A DNA stretch of 64,000 bases from a virus: IMG/VR virus record IMGVR_UViG_3300025671_000038. One strand, written 5' to 3'. The position numbers and the translations under genes were made by a program. The notes under the pieces are model-generated. The model worked only from the letters and a program-made list of their open reading frames with translations. It was not told the origin of the DNA and searched no databases. This document shows, one piece after another, positions 19,012 through 29,059 of this stretch (position 1 is the first letter of the stretch; every line of letters starts with the position of its first letter).

Positions 19012-19500
19012 TTAAAGATTCTTGGTTAATACGGGGGTAGATCCTTTGAGAGCTCTTAGATTCCAAATACACCCCGAGGGAACATCCCACAGATTAAACC
19101 ATATACTAGGACCACCTATGGGTGAATCTGTGTAGTTGGAGAATTTGAGATCATAGTAATTCCTGATTTCAATTCCATCGAAATCCTTGGAAAGCTTGTC
19201 CCAATCGATGGTTATGTAACCTCTTCCCCATTTTTCGAACTCCTCATCGATTCCCTGGTATGATTTCTCCAATCTTCTTATATCGTCTACAGTACTTATA
19301 ATGAAAATCCTTGAGATATCAACATCCAACATATGGTTGTATTTGGAGATCCATTGGGGCATTTCAGATCCGCACCAATTAACCCATTCTTTGCCCAAGG
19401 AATACCATAGTCCCTTGGGCTTCATCTCATTGGTTCCTTGAGTATAAGACCTGGACATGGAGAGTGAGCTTCTCTCCGTCATATGTAATCTTGTGATCAT
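19012..19500 (-). CDS. conserved viral hypothetical protein (possible ADP-ribosyltransferase-like fold)
   Basis: KPKGLWYS, IDW..L..DFDGI, WDVPS.CIWN. Confidence 0.4.
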   Translation of the reverse strand: MITRLHMTERSSLSMSRSYTQGTNEMKPKGLWYSLGKEWVNWCGSEMPQWISKYNHMLDVDISRIFIISTVDDIRRLEKSYQGIDEEFEKWGRGYITIDWDKLSKDFDGIEIRNYYDLKFSNYTDSPIGGPSIWFNLWDVPSGCIWNLRALKGSTPVLTKNL

Positions 19501-20186
19501 CTTAAGAATTCTAGTTCATTTGTCTGAGGATCCCAGTCAGCAGTTATCGGTTTATTCACCAATTCGTATCTCTCATTGAGTACGGATGCATTAATGAAGT
19601 GAGTTCCATTGTGGTGTTTATAACCTGAACTTCCGTGAATGTGCCCAAATACGTGTATCTTTGGATTTATCTCATCAACTCTAACCCTAAGTAATTCACA
19701 TCCTAAATTACCCTCGTTGTATGGGGGACCACTAATATCGAGATGTCCCTGAGGTGGTCCGTGGGTTACTAGGATATCTGCATCTGGTGGTATTTTATCC
19801 CACTTTTCCTTTAGCTCTTCTCCTCCCCGGGGAAGATTAAATGCCCAATTATAAAACTCTGGCTGCCAAGGGCTTCCGTATATCTTGACCTTCCGGTCTC
19901 TAAAGTTATCATATTCCAACATTTCGTCCTGGATGTAGTCAATCCCGTATGTATCGAATATCGAAGAAGCCTGATCCGGGGAAATTTCAAAAATGCGATC
20001 GTGGTTACCCGCGATGAAAATACAGGCATCATAGTCCTGTTCTTCGAACCATTTGCAGAAGTCCGTTATTTCATAGGCGCTGTAGCCGCTGTTCATGATA
20101 TCTCCAGCATGAATCAATAGGTCTCCACCCGGAAGATCTAGTTTCCTGTGTTTGGTGTGGGTATCGCTGATGAATGTTATTCTCAT
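19497..20186 (-). CDS. calcineurin-like metallophosphoesterase
   Basis: SDTH, AGD, GNHD, THGPP, GHIH. Confidence 0.92.
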   Translation of the reverse strand: MRITFISDTHTKHRKLDLPGGDLLIHAGDIMNSGYSAYEITDFCKWFEEQDYDACIFIAGNHDRIFEISPDQASSIFDTYGIDYIQDEMLEYDNFRDRKVKIYGSPWQPEFYNWAFNLPRGGEELKEKWDKIPPDADILVTHGPPQGHLDISGPPYNEGNLGCELLRVRVDEINPKIHVFGHIHGSSGYKHHNGTHFINASVLNERYELVNKPITADWDPQTNELEFLR

Positions 20187-20235
20187 AATTTTTACAATAT
20201 TAAGTAAATCCTACGTACTGTAAAAATTTATATGA

Positions 20236-20901
20236 CTAAAATTCAGGATGTGGTTCTCTATTGGTGTATTCTATCCATCCGGTAATGATGTATTTGTTAT
20301 TACCCTTACCCGGGGGGTTACCTCTGTGTAGATGTGTCCAAAATGCTGGAGCAATTAATAAATCTCCAGCTTTGGGTGAAACTTTACCTCCAGAATACCG
20401 AAACTCGGTTTCACCCCCAGAATCCACGTCGTTTAGATAGTATATGAAAAAAAGTTGTCTGTCTATTGAGCTACCACCTTCGTTCTCTGCATGCCAAGCA
20501 TAGTATCCCTCCTCGTCGATATATCTTTGCATTTGCATGTACGGATTCCCCATGTTGGATGCCGAAAGAAGCTGATGTGCCTCCCTTACGAAAATCTCCT
20601 CCTGAGGTAAATTCTCTATGTTATTAAAGATAAATGGAAAATCGCGAAGATAGTCCACAGTCTTGTGGAACAGTACCTCCAGCAGGTGGTCGCAGATCTT
20701 CTTCCATTCCGGATTTATTTCGGACATCCCCGTAATGTTCAGATCCATAGATGCCTTATATGACTTATTAACTCCGCTGGATGTTTGTCCCTCGAATTTA
20801 TGGTTCTCCTCTTCCTCGAATAGATTTATGATTTTTTCGCACATTCCAGTGGGAAGTACGGACCCGAAGGTTTTTGTAAGATATGTTGTGTTTTGCTTCA
20901 T
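20236..20901 (-). CDS. 2OG-Fe(II) oxygenase
   Basis: WHAE (HxE), YLNDV..GGETEF, HRG..P, KYIITGW. Confidence 0.88.
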   Translation of the reverse strand: MKQNTTYLTKTFGSVLPTGMCEKIINLFEEEENHKFEGQTSSGVNKSYKASMDLNITGMSEINPEWKKICDHLLEVLFHKTVDYLRDFPFIFNNIENLPQEEIFVREAHQLLSASNMGNPYMQMQRYIDEEGYYAWHAENEGGSSIDRQLFFIYYLNDVDSGGETEFRYSGGKVSPKAGDLLIAPAFWTHLHRGNPPGKGNNKYIITGWIEYTNREPHPEF

Positions 20902-21389
20902 TAGAATTCTTTATTGACTATAAAACTAAATTGGAGATCCGGATCATCTATATTTTGGTTAAATCTTAGGGGGATTATACCTCTGCTTTCCAGATCGTGG
21001 TTATAGCTATTTTCAAAAAAACAATAAGTCTTCCCTCCAAGCTCGGATATTTTGGAAGCATATGAGTACAGGCTTTCTAGATCGGGCTTTCCATATTCGT
21101 TTTTAAAAGTCGGGAAAAGAAGAACCTTGGAGCCGTTCAATAGGTGGTAGTGGGTTGTAACAATACCTTGGCTTTCCGGATCTATGAATTCTATTTTCCA
21201 TTCTTCAAGATCCGATGTTGGATAAGCACCCCATGTTCCTGATGAGAGATAAAATTCTCCGATAAATTCGCCTCCGTCTAGTTTGTACCATTTAACTAGG
21301 TATTCACCTGATTCGATGGATACTTTTACTGCTTCATCAGCAATGGATACTGTAGCATAATCGTTGGGTCTTAGGTCTTTTACTGTCAT
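20901..21389 (-). CDS. hypothetical protein
   Basis: 162 aa, coupled to the oxygenase. Confidence 0.5.
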   Translation of the reverse strand: MTVKDLRPNDYATVSIADEAVKVSIESGEYLVKWYKLDGGEFIGEFYLSSGTWGAYPTSDLEEWKIEFIDPESQGIVTTHYHLLNGSKVLLFPTFKNEYGKPDLESLYSYASKISELGGKTYCFFENSYNHDLESRGIIPLRFNQNIDDPDLQFSFIVNKEF

Positions 21390-21392
21390 AAC

Positions 21393-22199
21393 TTATTTAT
21401 TCTTCCATATGTGTACTTGGTGAAGATCTCCAGATCCATGAAATAAAGTAAAATGGCTATATCCTAAACTTTCCACCCTTCTGAGTAGTCTGTCTTTATA
21501 TATTGGCCCAAGATCTCCGTTGTGATATTCCATTGATATCTTTTCTATCCTTAGCAGATCTTTATCTGAGATGGATCCTATGATCTCTTTCTCCGCTCCC
21601 TCGCAATCTATTTTTAGAAAATCTACTCTCTCCGGTAATATTCCGATCTCAAAAAGTTCCGATATAGACATGGATATGGATATCTCCTTCCTGGTATATG
21701 ATTTTCCATTTTCGGCGTACATGGTGCCCCCTCCTAGATCGTAGAATTCATGTCTATCTGGTATAAGCATTTCCACTGGGCTTGTTTTAGGACCTATTGC
21801 TATTTTGTGGAACTCAGCTATTCCTTTCAGGTTGTCTACTAGACATGAAAACGTAAGAGACATAGGTTCGAAAGATATGATTCTGGAAGCTCCTCTCAAG
21901 TGAGCCCATCTGGAAAACATGCCGATGTTTGCTCCAATATCAACCACTACGTCACCTGGATTTATGGTACATCCGAGTCTCTCATAGTCAGATCCGGTAC
22001 ACCCATAATCACCATCATCTCCTTTGAATTCATAATTCTCGAAGAACATGTAATTAAAATCGTCGAATCCATTTCCCGACCGATACTTATCTATGGTGAA
22101 TCCTGATTCATTCTCACTCTTGAGATCCCTCAGAATTTTATTACCCACTTGATCTATCAACCAGAATTTTCCATAATCATTTAAGTCCATTTGTGGCAA
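21393..22199 (-). CDS. FkbM-family SAM methyltransferase
   Basis: VVDIGANIGMFS, FEP, LKIDCEGAE, MEYH. Confidence 0.9.
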   Translation of the reverse strand: MPQMDLNDYGKFWLIDQVGNKILRDLKSENESGFTIDKYRSGNGFDDFNYMFFENYEFKGDDGDYGCTGSDYERLGCTINPGDVVVDIGANIGMFSRWAHLRGASRIISFEPMSLTFSCLVDNLKGIAEFHKIAIGPKTSPVEMLIPDRHEFYDLGGGTMYAENGKSYTRKEISISMSISELFEIGILPERVDFLKIDCEGAEKEIIGSISDKDLLRIEKISMEYHNGDLGPIYKDRLLRRVESLGYSHFTLFHGSGDLHQVHIWKNK

Positions 22200-22269
22200 T
22201 ATTTCATTTTTATATTGTATCTAACCATAAAAGTTCTCTGGATATATAGTTTACAAAATAAAACTAGGT

Positions 22270-22734
22270 ATGACTCTGAAATCTTTTAAGGCTTTTGAAA
22301 GCGATGAGAGGGATCTTCTATCTGATTTAGACAAGATAGGAATTGAACAACATAAAGGATGGCTTGTTTGTACATCAGCCTCATATGAGAGGGATCAGAT
22401 GGGATCTAACGTTTATGCAGTAATAGCAAAAAATCCAGGCGAGGCTTCAGCTTTGATTATGGAATCGATGGGTATTGATGACGAGGATGATCTAGCAGAA
22501 GCAAGAAAGGGAGGGGATTTTATAGACGGACTTCAGGAAGCAATGAGTAACATCATGTCATGGGAAGGAAGGTTTGAGGTCGTAAAAGTTCATGATGGTC
22601 TTAGCCCCTTCAAAATGGAAGATTATTGTCTTGAAATAGATTGGACAAACCCAATCATGGCGGCTAAAGACGTGAAATACGTCTTTCCGAATGCCGAGCA
22701 AATCCTAGGTTCCAAAATGTCTTCCCCCAGGTAG
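22270..22734 (+). CDS. hypothetical protein with capsid-targeting-like leader
   Basis: MTLKSFKAFES; GATATATA at 22241. Confidence 0.55.
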   Translation: MTLKSFKAFESDERDLLSDLDKIGIEQHKGWLVCTSASYERDQMGSNVYAVIAKNPGEASALIMESMGIDDEDDLAEARKGGDFIDGLQEAMSNIMSWEGRFEVVKVHDGLSPFKMEDYCLEIDWTNPIMAAKDVKYVFPNAEQILGSKMSSPR

Positions 22735-22789
22735 ATCTGGGCCGAAAAATTTTCCGCTATACACACTATAATTACAAATATTTTCCACT

Positions 22790-23869
22790 ATGGGCAAGAA
22801 CATACTTGTGACTGGTGGTTTGGGGTTTATTGGATCTCATACTGTAGTCGCTCTCCACGAAGCTGGATTTAATCCGGTAATAGTAGATAACCTTTCAAAT
22901 TCCAGAAGAGGAATACTGGATCACATAGAACACATTACTGGGGAAAGACCTAAATTCTACGAGGAAGATGTTATAAACACTGTAGCCCTGGAGGATATCA
23001 TAGAAGAGGAGGAAATAGATGCAGTTATACACTTCGCTGCTTTTAAATCGGTTTCCGAAAGCTTGGAGCATCCTCTTGTTTACTATGACAATAATGTTGG
23101 TGGTCTTTTGAGCCTACTGAATGCAATGAAATTTGCGGACTGTAAGCATCTTGTATTTAGCTCTAGCTGTACTGTTTACGGTGAACCTGATATAATCCCT
23201 GTTGACGAGCAAAGTCCTGTTAAACAAGCTAAAACAGCTTATGGATCCACAAAGCAAGTTGCTGAGATTATGCTTAGGGATAACACATGGTTGAATACCA
23301 TTGCTCTTAGATACTTCAACCCAGTTGGTGGACATGAAAGCGGAATGCTCGGTGAACTCCCACTAGGAGTTCCGAATAATTTGATGCCTTATCTTACACA
23401 AACTGCTGCTGGTATACGGGATCAACTTACTGTTTTTGGCGATGATTATGACACAAGAGATGGATCATGTATAAGGGACTTTATTCATGTGATGGACCTA
23501 GCAGAGGCACATGTTAAGGCTGTTGAAAGACTATTGGATGGAGATCGAGATACAACACAAAATATCTATACTCCCGATACTGAAAACTTCGAAGCGATTA
23601 ATGTAGGTACGGGAAACGGTTATACGGTCTTGGAGATTATAAAAAAATTCGAAGAAGTCAACGGAATAAGGGTCAATTATAAGATCGGTCCGAGGAGGGA
23701 TGGTGATATAGTTAGGATCTGGGCAGATACCACAAAGTCATACTGGAGGCTTGGATGGCAAGCTAAAAGAGGATTGGTAGATATGGTTAGAGATTCTTGG
23801 GCATGGCAGAGAAACCTCCCCGGGAAAGATTTATTTAATCCGGATGGAAGGACGAATGGAGATGTATAA
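22790..23869 (+). CDS. galE: UDP-glucose 4-epimerase
   Basis: GGLGFIGSH, HFAAFKSV.ES...PL.YY.NN, YGSTK, LRYFNP.G, PNNL.PY, RDFIHVMDLA. Confidence 0.95.
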   Translation: MGKNILVTGGLGFIGSHTVVALHEAGFNPVIVDNLSNSRRGILDHIEHITGERPKFYEEDVINTVALEDIIEEEEIDAVIHFAAFKSVSESLEHPLVYYDNNVGGLLSLLNAMKFADCKHLVFSSSCTVYGEPDIIPVDEQSPVKQAKTAYGSTKQVAEIMLRDNTWLNTIALRYFNPVGGHESGMLGELPLGVPNNLMPYLTQTAAGIRDQLTVFGDDYDTRDGSCIRDFIHVMDLAEAHVKAVERLLDGDRDTTQNIYTPDTENFEAINVGTGNGYTVLEIIKKFEEVNGIRVNYKIGPRRDGDIVRIWADTTKSYWRLGWQAKRGLVDMVRDSWAWQRNLPGKDLFNPDGRTNGDV

Positions 23870-24215
23870 TCTCCCATCCTCCAAGAAGCATACTCTTCTT
23901 TCTAAATATCATAGTATATCTAGCGTGAACAACAGGTTCCTCCTGCCCCTTTATTCTAAAATCCCAATCACCAGTTACGGATATGGAGCTATTTCCAAAT
24001 GTCTGAGAATATTCAGACACCACCTCTCCTACTGGATTCTGTGGTAGGAAGGTTTCCAGAAAATATTTAGCTATTTCTTCTCTACCTATGTACGTTTCTT
24101 TTGAAAGGAACGGTAACAATATAGCATCCTTGCTAAATAACTCCGCTATTTTCTTTTCGTCTCCCTCGCTTAGCTTATCTAGGAATTTTTCTACAAGATC
24201 TTTTCCGTTTTGCAT
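23835..24215 (-). CDS. NTF2/SnoaL-like fold protein
   Basis: IAELFSKDA, GREEI..YF, ARYTMIF, WEIIHLHSS. Confidence 0.8.
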   Translation of the reverse strand: MQNGKDLVEKFLDKLSEGDEKKIAELFSKDAILLPFLSKETYIGREEIAKYFLETFLPQNPVGEVVSEYSQTFGNSSISVTGDWDFRIKGQEEPVVHARYTMIFRKKSMLLGGWEIIHLHSSFHPD

Positions 24216-24226
24216 AATTGTGATTT

Positions 24227-24808
24227 TTAATCCTTTTTCTTCTTAAGGTTAGCTTTAGCCTGTTTGTAGAGCGCTTTATCCCCTACCTCTGTTGTTCTTC
24301 CACCAACAATGAAACTGTTGACTCTGGCCATAGCCCATTGCTGAGGAGTTGTTCCTGGAACGTGACCGGTTTTCCAAGCTGCATATCCTCTATCCCAAAC
24401 CTTCTTTAGTATGGATAGGGGAAATCTGGATTTGTCTGATTTCTTTTTGAGGGCTTTATAGACGGGACTGTCCTTGCCCATTTTGGAAGATTCCATCATC
24501 TCGTCACCGGGTATTTCTTCGTCTAATATTATCTCTTCTACCAAGTTTGCCACCTCTCGATAGTCCTCATAGGTCATTAATAGATCTATATCGATCTCCT
24601 CCGATTCACCGAAAAGTTCTTTAAACTTTTTGGTGTATTTGCTAACCTTAGTTTTAACCGCCTTACCCTTTCCCGCCTTCCTAGACTTGTAATCAGCATC
24701 CCAAGGACCATATGCTGAAGAATCGTCATCAGCTTTATCCTTGTGCTTTTCGATCTCCCTCCTCATAACACGAGGGTTTGTAGTAAGATATTTCTTGGGT
24801 AGTTTCAC
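24227..24808 (-). CDS. viral basic protein with TPQQWAMARVNSF motif (DUF5824-like)
   Basis: RG.AAW.TGH.PGTTPQQWAMARVNSF; GATATATA upstream (24813-24820). Confidence 0.55.
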   Translation of the reverse strand: MKLPKKYLTTNPRVMRREIEKHKDKADDDSSAYGPWDADYKSRKAGKGKAVKTKVSKYTKKFKELFGESEEIDIDLLMTYEDYREVANLVEEIILDEEIPGDEMMESSKMGKDSPVYKALKKKSDKSRFPLSILKKVWDRGYAAWKTGHVPGTTPQQWAMARVNSFIVGGRTTEVGDKALYKQAKANLKKKKD

Positions 24809-24822
24809 AAACTATATATCCT

Positions 24823-25122
24823 TCAGTGCTTTCCGGACCTGAATTCAATGTTTGTGGGTTTAGCTATGGACATTTCTATATCTCCGCCGCAATCTGAAGG
24901 ACATATTGAAACATCCTGATAACTCATTGCCTTTATAGTGATTCTTTCCTCCCCGCTGGTTTCTAGCTTAAAGAAACCGTTTATATCTGTATATGTTGTA
25001 TCCCTGAGGGTGTAAACCATCGCACCAGATATGGGGAATCCGTCTTCTATATCAATAACTCGAGCAGTTCTTATGTCCTGGCTCGTGCTAAGGGAAATTA
25101 TTAAAGATAGTAGGAAAATCAT
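24823..25122 (-). CDS. secreted CarboxypepD_reg-like domain protein
   Basis: Signal peptide; V.D...G.PI.GA.V, TDING.F, SY pattern. Confidence 0.7.
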   Translation of the reverse strand: MIFLLSLIISLSTSQDIRTARVIDIEDGFPISGAMVYTLRDTTYTDINGFFKLETSGEERITIKAMSYQDVSICPSDCGGDIEMSIAKPTNIEFRSGKH

Positions 25123-25204
25123 TCGGTATCCTTTTTCTTTGATATATCAATACCTGATGGATGTTTTAGGGAAAAAGGAGCAAGGTTAACGAATTGATAA
25201 TATA

Positions 25205-25549
25205 TCAGTAGTAGCGGTACTGAGAGGCTAAGATTAAATCCCCCTTCCTGTTAAACTTCTTCTGGTAGACTAGATCTCCGTTCTCATTCCAGAATTTCCA
25301 GGTTCCTCTCCTCCTACCCTCGGTGAATTTAATTATCGCTTGAATATCTCCGTCAGGCCATCTTCTGACCCATGTTCCGTGTCTTTCGTTGTTTAAATAT
25401 TGTCCTTGCTCCAACACAATGTTGGTTGTTGTATCCACCAGTGTATAGTAGATGTAGGAATCATCTTTCTGTGATTCATACCTCGCAACCTCTTGCGAAT
25501 ATAGGGTGGTGGACATAAGGCAAAGAATAACCCATATAAATTTCCTCAT
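25205..25549 (-). CDS. secreted MORN-variant (YwqK-like) repeat protein
   Basis: Signal peptide; RHGTWVRRWPDG, RRGTWKFWNENG. Confidence 0.72.
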   Translation of the reverse strand: MRKFIWVILCLMSTTLYSQEVARYESQKDDSYIYYTLVDTTTNIVLEQGQYLNNERHGTWVRRWPDGDIQAIIKFTEGRRRGTWKFWNENGDLVYQKKFNRKGDLILASQYRYY

Positions 25550-25588
25550 GTCGTTTGATTTTTTTTGTCAACGTAAATATAACGTCTT

Positions 25589-26053
25589 CTATATATTATC
25601 GGCGATATCTGAGTTTGTTTCTCCTGTGCCTCCGGGAGTATGATCTCCCTCCTGTGAAACCGGCTCTTCCAGCTCAGTCTGGTAATCGGATAACTTATTA
25701 TACAGAAGTTCTATTTCCTCGAAAGATAGATTGCTTTTCTTAGCATTGATATCCACCGTGCAAGCTACTACATTGCCCTCTACATATCCCTTGTTAGAAT
25801 CTATCCGGTCGAAGCTTCTGGCGAAGTTGCCGCTATCCTCAAACTCCTTTTCCGTATAATAGCACTTTTTTTCTAGAAGTAGTGATTTAACTGTTAGGAA
25901 GCTCAGATCAAATTCTAAGCTTCTGTCCTGAGCGCTCTGGTGGATCTTTAGCATCTTCCTAGCCACCTCTAGATCGCTCACTTCAGATCTGTTATTTCTT
26001 CTACGGGTTCTGGTGGGTTTGCCTGGTTTAGCAGGGCTTCTTTTTTTCCTCAT
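25589..26053 (-). CDS. HNH-like endonuclease
   Basis: CYYT, SFDRIDSNKGYVEGNVV.C...N..K; start probably 26053. Confidence 0.65.
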   Translation of the reverse strand: MRKKRSPAKPGKPTRTRRRNNRSEVSDLEVARKMLKIHQSAQDRSLEFDLSFLTVKSLLLEKKCYYTEKEFEDSGNFARSFDRIDSNKGYVEGNVVACTVDINAKKSNLSFEEIELLYNKLSDYQTELEEPVSQEGDHTPGGTGETNSDIADNI

Positions 26054-26067
26054 ATGTTTCGTATTTT

Positions 26068-26739
26068 TTATACAGATGCCACGGAGGAGGTAAAAAGATC
26101 CCAACACCCAGCGAGATCCTTTTCTTCCGTAGGGCTTACAATAAAGATAGAGATATCTCCATCTCGAAGGACCTGTGAGTGAGGTATTCTGCTTTCTTCT
26201 AACTTGTTAAAGTACTTCCTATGTGGATCGTGGAATCCTAAAACCCCTATCTTTCCGTGCTCTTTAGCTTTTTCTATAAAGGATCCTTTACCCCACGGGA
26301 GAATATAGTCTGGATCTTTCAGAAGAATTTCCTCCTTCGTTTGTGGATCCACCATCAGTATTCCAGACGATCTTATCTCACCGCACTCTTTAACCAGGTC
26401 TTCATATATTTTACCATAGTGAGAATCCTCACTAAAGTGACCCGAGCAACTTGGTGTTGTTGGTATTTCCTTCTTGTGGAGAATTTCTACCGCTTCTCTA
26501 ATTAGGGGATCCAGTGTTTCTTTAAATTCCCTGTCTAATGATGAGCTGAGAATTCCGTTGGATTCTTCTTGGTAGTACCACTTATTTTTTCCTGACTTGG
26601 GAATCAGCCACTTATGGCGGTGAAATTTCTCATGCGGTATGAAGTCCGGTGATATTTTCTGGTCTTTTAAGAAAACCTGGAGATCCGAAGACATCTCCGG
26701 TGTTGATTCAAAAACAGAAAATCTCTTTATAAACTTCAT
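26068..26739 (-). CDS. hypothetical protein with capsid-targeting-like leader
   Basis: MKFIKRFSVFES; GATATATA at 26744-26751 (minus). Confidence 0.55.
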   Translation of the reverse strand: MKFIKRFSVFESTPEMSSDLQVFLKDQKISPDFIPHEKFHRHKWLIPKSGKNKWYYQEESNGILSSSLDREFKETLDPLIREAVEILHKKEIPTTPSCSGHFSEDSHYGKIYEDLVKECGEIRSSGILMVDPQTKEEILLKDPDYILPWGKGSFIEKAKEHGKIGVLGFHDPHRKYFNKLEESRIPHSQVLRDGDISIFIVSPTEEKDLAGCWDLFTSSVASV

Positions 26740-26959
26740 ACATTATATATCAGCCCCAGGAAATGTCAATACCCCAGTAAATCCACCCGATCGTGAGAGT
26801 GTAGTTACCAAGGATACTCTTGTCGTATGTAACAGAGACAACGGGCATAAGATCTATCTTTCCCCAATTTTTGTATAGGCTAAGGTTCATCCTTTCTTCC
26901 CTATAGTTAGAATAGTAGGATAAGTTTCCTGATATATACTTAAAAGAATAAGAGACACC

Positions 26960-28027
26960 ATGCCTAGACCATTTGCATATAACACAGGAGGAGCTATTGC
27001 TGGAACTTCTCAGGTTGGAGATATAGCGGTTGGTACTCCATCCTCGGGATTTTCATCAACCGGATTAAAATGGTGGAATGGACCCGATGAAACACTAGGC
27101 TATGTAATCGCTTACCCAAACCCAGCGGGTCAACAAGGAGCGGATGGGAATACGGCTAGAGTTGGATTCTTGAGATCTAAAGCATTAACAGACTCTTCCT
27201 TCATATCAATATCCTCGGTTCTTGCAAAACAGACCTTCGAGGATGCATCTTCCGCTAAGACATGGCTGGATTCCAACGGATATTGGACTTCCTGGACAAG
27301 CTCAGGTCCTTTATTATTAGCAGACTTAAACGCTTCTGAGCCTGCTTCTTACGGAGGATCTGGAAATACATGGGTTGATTTGACTACCAACAACAATGAT
27401 GGTATTCTAAGCTCAGGTTCAGGATCCCTTACCTTCGGTACCACCTTCGGGGGTGAGTTTGATTTAGACGGGGGAAGCGGAACAAGAATTGACTTTGCAA
27501 GCAATTCAGATACCCAATTAAGTACTTCAGCAACAAAGGCATACTCAATATGGTTTAAAGCAGATGCTGTTGGATTTATGAGCTTCTCCAGAACCCTTAT
27601 GTGTAAACTTCAGGGCTTAGGGGGATCATCAACGGGTGACGGTTTTTTGATGGCTATCAATTCATCGAATCAGCTTATAGCTAAAGTAGTTTCAGATAAC
27701 GGAGCAACCACGAGAAATATTGCTGGTATTGGAGCCACGGTAAGTACTGGTACTTGGTATATGGCTACACTTGTTGTTAAGGTGTCAACGGACGCAGACA
27801 CATTTAAACTATATCTTAACACCACGGAGGTAGGTAGCACTAGCGGTGGAGGAACTTCGCTTTCCAGTGATAACCGAAATTTGTTGCTGGGTAACTTCGA
27901 TAGCGGGGTACAAAATGCTCAAGCATTTGATGGCATGATCGGTAACTTCTACATTTACGAAGGGGACTTTGATTCAACGCAGGTTCAGTCCCTCTTTGAT
28001 AGAACAAAGACAAGGTTCGGATACTAA
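26960..28027 (+). CDS. LamG-like fibre/lectin protein (different N-terminal family)
   Basis: WWNGPDE.LGYVI N-terminus; SYGGSGNTW.DL, YSIWFK, WYMATLV, ends KTRFGY. Confidence 0.8.
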   Translation: MPRPFAYNTGGAIAGTSQVGDIAVGTPSSGFSSTGLKWWNGPDETLGYVIAYPNPAGQQGADGNTARVGFLRSKALTDSSFISISSVLAKQTFEDASSAKTWLDSNGYWTSWTSSGPLLLADLNASEPASYGGSGNTWVDLTTNNNDGILSSGSGSLTFGTTFGGEFDLDGGSGTRIDFASNSDTQLSTSATKAYSIWFKADAVGFMSFSRTLMCKLQGLGGSSTGDGFLMAINSSNQLIAKVVSDNGATTRNIAGIGATVSTGTWYMATLVVKVSTDADTFKLYLNTTEVGSTSGGGTSLSSDNRNLLLGNFDSGVQNAQAFDGMIGNFYIYEGDFDSTQVQSLFDRTKTRFGY

Positions 28028-28081
28028 TTACGACTCCTTCTCATATTCTCCACCGATATATACTTAAAATAAGATTTTCCG

Positions 28082-29059
28082 GTGGCTTATAGAATTGTAC
28101 TTAGACAGGATACTGCAGCAAAATGGACCAAAAACAACCCAATACTACTTAAGGGTGAATTTGGGTTCGAGGAGGATACCAACAAACTAAAGTTAGGTGA
28201 CGGGGTAAAAACTTGGAGGGAATTGCCATATTGGGTTTCCGGTTCTCAAGGAGCTACTGGAGCAACTGGACCACAGGGAGACACCGGAGCAACCGGACCT
28301 CAAGGAACTACTGGAGCCGCGGGAGCTAATGGTGCAACTGGACCTGCTGGAGCTGATGGTGCAACCGGACCTCAGGGACCTGCTGGACCTGCTGGAGCAG
28401 ACGGTGCAACTGGACCTGCTGGAGCTGATGGTGCAACCGGACCTCAGGGACCTGCTGGACCTACAGGAGCAGATTCTACTGTCCCAGGACCTACTGGACC
28501 TGCTGGAGCTGATGGTGCAACCGGACCTCGGGGACCTGCTGGACCTACTGGAGCTGATGGTGCAACCGGACCTCAGGGACCTGCTGGACCTACAGGAGCT
28601 GATGGTGCAACTGGACCTGCTGGAGAAGACGGAGCAACTGGACCCCAAGGACCTGCTGGACCTACTGGAGCTGCTGGAGCAGACGGTGCAACTGGTTCCT
28701 TCATTTCACCATACACAGGAAATATACAGATAAATGGACAAGCATGGATAACCTCAGATGCTAATGGAAACACTACCTCATCAACTACGGTTGACTGGAA
28801 CGATAGCAATATACAAACATTCACGCTAAATGCTGCAACTACTACATTCACTTTCAATAACGGTAATGCAGGAGCAACATACATTCTAATAATAAAGCAA
28901 AATGCCGCAGGATCACAAACAATTACCTGGCCTGCAGCAGTAACCTGGGCTGGTGGATCTACCCCTACTATGACACCAACGTCGGATAGATATGACGTAT
29001 TTACTTTTATCTATGATGGAGCTAAATACTTTGGTTCCTATATACAAAACTTTGCATAA
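28082..29059 (+). CDS. collagen-like tail fibre with Mtd_N-type N-terminal domain
   Basis: LRQDTAA.W...NPIL..GEFG.E.DT.KLK.GDG..W..LPY; about 49 Gly-X-Y triplets; beta-rich C-terminus; GTG start. Confidence 0.85.
   Translation: MAYRIVLRQDTAAKWTKNNPILLKGEFGFEEDTNKLKLGDGVKTWRELPYWVSGSQGATGATGPQGDTGATGPQGTTGAAGANGATGPAGADGATGPQGPAGPAGADGATGPAGADGATGPQGPAGPTGADSTVPGPTGPAGADGATGPRGPAGPTGADGATGPQGPAGPTGADGATGPAGEDGATGPQGPAGPTGAAGADGATGSFISPYTGNIQINGQAWITSDANGNTTSSTTVDWNDSNIQTFTLNAATTTFTFNNGNAGATYILIIKQNAAGSQTITWPAAVTWAGGSTPTMTPTSDRYDVFTFIYDGAKYFGSYIQNFA
28241..28693 (+). repeat. collagen Gly-X-Y tandem repeat with near-identical DNA blocks
   Basis: Block GCTGATGGTGCAACCGGACCTCAGGGACCTGCTGGACCT recurs (one copy CAG>CGG). 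Confidence 0.9.

Noticed and set aside
28241-28693. CRISPR-like repeat array
   Set aside because: Repeats are in-frame Gly-X-Y codons with no unique spacers.
28193-28884. Alternative-frame ORFs (28193-28648, 28329-28733, 28573-28884)
   Set aside because: Shadow ORFs caused by the stop-poor collagen repeat.
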